From an uncultured virus (IMG/VR IMGVR_UViG_3300037010_004438) (lineage: Duplodnaviria > Heunggongvirae > Uroviricota > Caudoviricetes): a DNA stretch of 36,779 bases. Location of the stretch: the IMG/VR virus record IMGVR_UViG_3300037010_004438; one strand, written 5' to 3'. A model generated the notes under the pieces. That model did no database searches and was not told the DNA's origin. It saw nothing but the letters and a program-made list of their open reading frames with translations. Positions 34,759-36,779 of the stretch are shown piece by piece; within the stretch, counting starts at the first letter, position 1; every line of letters starts with the position of its first letter. A program made the translations under genes and the position numbers.

Positions 34759-34777
34759 ACGAAGAAAGCTCGCGCCC

Positions 34778-35371
34778 GTGAAACCCTCGACCGCCTTCTG
34801 GATCGGAAGTGCTGCGTTCGTGGGCCTTCTCCTTACGGTCCGAAGGAGTGCCGCCGCGACCGCGACGGCCTCCTCTCCCAGCGCGCTCCGACCCTCTTCA
34901 GGAAGCGAACGCTCCGACTCCGAGGTGAGCGCCGACGAGTTCGAAGAAATCCTTCCTGAAGAGAAGATGCGCGCCTGGATGTCGCTCTACTCCGTGAAGC
35001 TCGTTCCCGCGTCCTTTTCGCAAGCGTCTTTCTCGCAAGCGTCCGTGCGCGGCGCGCCCATGAGCGACAAAATCGACAAGCCCGTCACCGAAGCGCCGCT
35101 CGCCGTCGCGAAGCTCGACGAAGGCGCCAAGATCGAAGACACGGGCGCCTACCTCCTCGCGAAAAAGAACATGAACATGCGAGGGAAGCACTACATCCTC
35201 ACGCAGGCTTCGCCGAACGGCATCTTCTTCTGGCCGACGAACGTCGAAGACGCGGAGAAGTACGCGTCGCCAGGGGGCAACTGGAAGCTCTTTCTCCGCC
35301 CCGACGAGGCGTGGGATCTCATCCGAGCTGCCGGCCCTGCCTATACGATGAACGTCCCCGTCCTCGAATGA
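34778..35371 (+). CDS. N-anchored protein, WxxFLRPxE family member 2
   Basis: GTG start; N-terminal TM; WKLFLRPDE. Confidence 0.8.
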   Translation: MKPSTAFWIGSAAFVGLLLTVRRSAAATATASSPSALRPSSGSERSDSEVSADEFEEILPEEKMRAWMSLYSVKLVPASFSQASFSQASVRGAPMSDKIDKPVTEAPLAVAKLDEGAKIEDTGAYLLAKKNMNMRGKHYILTQASPNGIFFWPTNVEDAEKYASPGGNWKLFLRPDEAWDLIRAAGPAYTMNVPVLE

Positions 35372-35397
35372 AGGACCCTGACCCAAGGAACACGAAC

Positions 35398-36363
35398 ATG
35401 TCCTCGAAAGCGCCCGTCATTCTCGGAGGCCTCGCGATCGCAGGCGTCGCCGCCTACTTCCTGACGAGGAAGACGGCCGCCAAGACCGCGTCCGCTTCCG
35501 CGCCTCCCACGTCCACTTCCGCGCCTCCCGCGTCGAAACCTCAGACCGCGACCAAGTCCATTCCGAAGGTCGAAAACCCGACCGAATGGACCCCTCCCGT
35601 CGGCTACCCGAAACTTCCTTCTGGCTGGCAGCTTCCCACCTCCATCGTACCTCCTGCCGGCTGGATTCCGCCCATCAACTGGCAGGCCCCGGCCTGGATC
35701 GAGGCGCTCGGTTGGAAGGCTGGGCAGCCCATCCCCGGCATCGTTCTGCCTGCCCCCGCCGTCGCCCCCGGGACTCCGACCGTGCAAGCCATCGCGCCCG
35801 GCCCGCGCGGCGCGGTCCCCGTCCAGCGCGCCTACAAGCTCGGGTTCGACGACGGACAGCCGGCCGCATGGGGGCTTCCTGGCGTGCCGTTCTCTCTGCC
35901 CAACATCAGCTCCGTACTTCCGGGCGTCGTCGCCATGACGCCGACGGAAGCCGAAGAGCCTCGTGAAATGGGCGAGGACGACAAGTTCGCGCTGTGGAAG
36001 TCCCTCTTCCACAACGTCTCAAACGTCCTCGACTACTGCTACGACCCGGCCGGCGGGTGCATGCAGGCGCACGCGATGATCGGAGAGGCGCGCAAAGAAG
36101 ACGACAAGCGCGTCGTCATGGCCCAGGACATCGCCAACCTCAACGACTCGACCCCTCCCCGGGACAACTACGACAACCCGGGATGGATGGTGCTCTACTC
36201 CCCGTCGACCGAGGTCTTCTGGCTCCTCGAAGAAAAGCCCGCCCTCGAAGCGGTCAAGAAAGATGACTGGGTCATCTTCCTGCGCCCGAACGAGTACCAC
36301 AAGATGCAGGAACGAGGAGGTCCCGACTACACCGTGCCGGACGACCTGCCCGCCGCCTCCTGA
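35398..36363 (+). CDS. N-anchored protein, WxxFLRPxE family member 3
   Basis: RBS AAGGA; MSSKAPVILGGLAIAGVAAYFLTRK; Pro/Trp-rich linker; WVIFLRPNE. Confidence 0.85.
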   Translation: MSSKAPVILGGLAIAGVAAYFLTRKTAAKTASASAPPTSTSAPPASKPQTATKSIPKVENPTEWTPPVGYPKLPSGWQLPTSIVPPAGWIPPINWQAPAWIEALGWKAGQPIPGIVLPAPAVAPGTPTVQAIAPGPRGAVPVQRAYKLGFDDGQPAAWGLPGVPFSLPNISSVLPGVVAMTPTEAEEPREMGEDDKFALWKSLFHNVSNVLDYCYDPAGGCMQAHAMIGEARKEDDKRVVMAQDIANLNDSTPPRDNYDNPGWMVLYSPSTEVFWLLEEKPALEAVKKDDWVIFLRPNEYHKMQERGGPDYTVPDDLPAAS

Positions 36364-36383
36364 GCGAACCGTGAGAAAAGGCC

Positions 36384-36719
36384 CTACTTCCGAACGACGG
36401 AAGTGGGGTCTTTCTCCGTGATCGGTTCCTCTTCCTCTTCCCGAAGCAAAGGCGCCGCTTTTCTCGGCAAAAGAGGCTCCGCCGAAGAGATGAATTCCGC
36501 CATCGGTGCGAGAGCTTCGACCCTCGACGTAAGCGCTTCGTCCTCGCTCTTAGGAGGGAAAATCTCGTCTCGCTTTTCGCGGAGTTCCTCCAACGCCTTG
36601 CGCAGCTCGTCGAGATGGATGGCTCTGGGAGACGAGGGACGCGTGACCGCCTTGCGCGCCGACGAAGGAGCGGGCACCTCTTCGCGAGGGGGTTTCGCGG
36701 GCGGCTTTCCGAAAGTCAT
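36384..36719 (-). CDS. Small hypothetical protein, probably leaderless
   Basis: TGGTACGAT (minus strand, 36735-36727) ends 7 nt before the ATG; charged sequence. Confidence 0.6.
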   Translation of the reverse strand: MTFGKPPAKPPREEVPAPSSARKAVTRPSSPRAIHLDELRKALEELREKRDEIFPPKSEDEALTSRVEALAPMAEFISSAEPLLPRKAAPLLREEEEEPITEKDPTSVVRK

Positions 36720-36755
36720 CGCCCCAATCGTACCATTCGGACTCGGAGAGATCTC

Positions 36756-36779
36756 ATGAGCAAGTGGATCAAGACCGTG
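36756..36779 (+). CDS. Start of the next gene (MSKWIKTV...), truncated by the window edge
   Basis: RBS GGAGAG then ATG at 36756. Confidence 0.45.

Larger units (their letters stand above)
1..36779 (+). mobile_element. Segment of a large virus/provirus-like element (virion structural, membrane and fibre modules)
   Basis: Co-oriented, tightly packed, mostly hypothetical genes with ATGA/GTGA overlaps; holin-like, fibre, collagen, spike-like and DNA-condensing proteins; no core cellular genes. Element boundaries are not visible. Confidence 0.75.

Noticed and set aside
1..36779. Assignment to a named virus family, a Borg, or a specific host
   Set aside because: No hallmark capsid, packaging or replication gene in the window; composition suggests only a GC-rich bacterial host.

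Overview
GC-rich, gene-dense 36.8 kb segment with about 50 CDS. All but two small genes are on the + strand. No housekeeping operons, rRNA, tRNA or CRISPR array are visible. It reads as part of a large, uncharacterised virus or provirus-like element. Recognisable genes: a papain-like cysteine peptidase, a holin-like protein, a C-terminally truncated RadA/Sms, two Lys-rich proteins with an HMG/YABBY-like motif, a collagen+LamG-like fibre, two long Gly-rich fibres, a beta-helix spike-like protein and a YiiX-type permuted papain enzyme. Three patterns are the most unusual. (i) About a dozen unrelated proteins carry the same style of Gly/Ala-rich membrane anchor ending G/A-Y-hydrophobic-K/R. (ii) A T-x-x-[TA]-G motif recurs at the end of short N-terminal leaders, ahead of an 11-mer amphipathic helix, and as a 4x tandem inside a 934-aa protein, suggesting proteolytic maturation of a membrane-containing virion. 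(iii) There are several tandem paralogue families, shuffled fibre modules, and many short tandem DNA repeats. No major capsid protein, terminase, portal, packaging ATPase or integrase is recognisable in this window, so the virus class is inferred, not shown. All family assignments come from motif recognition by eye; no searches were run.
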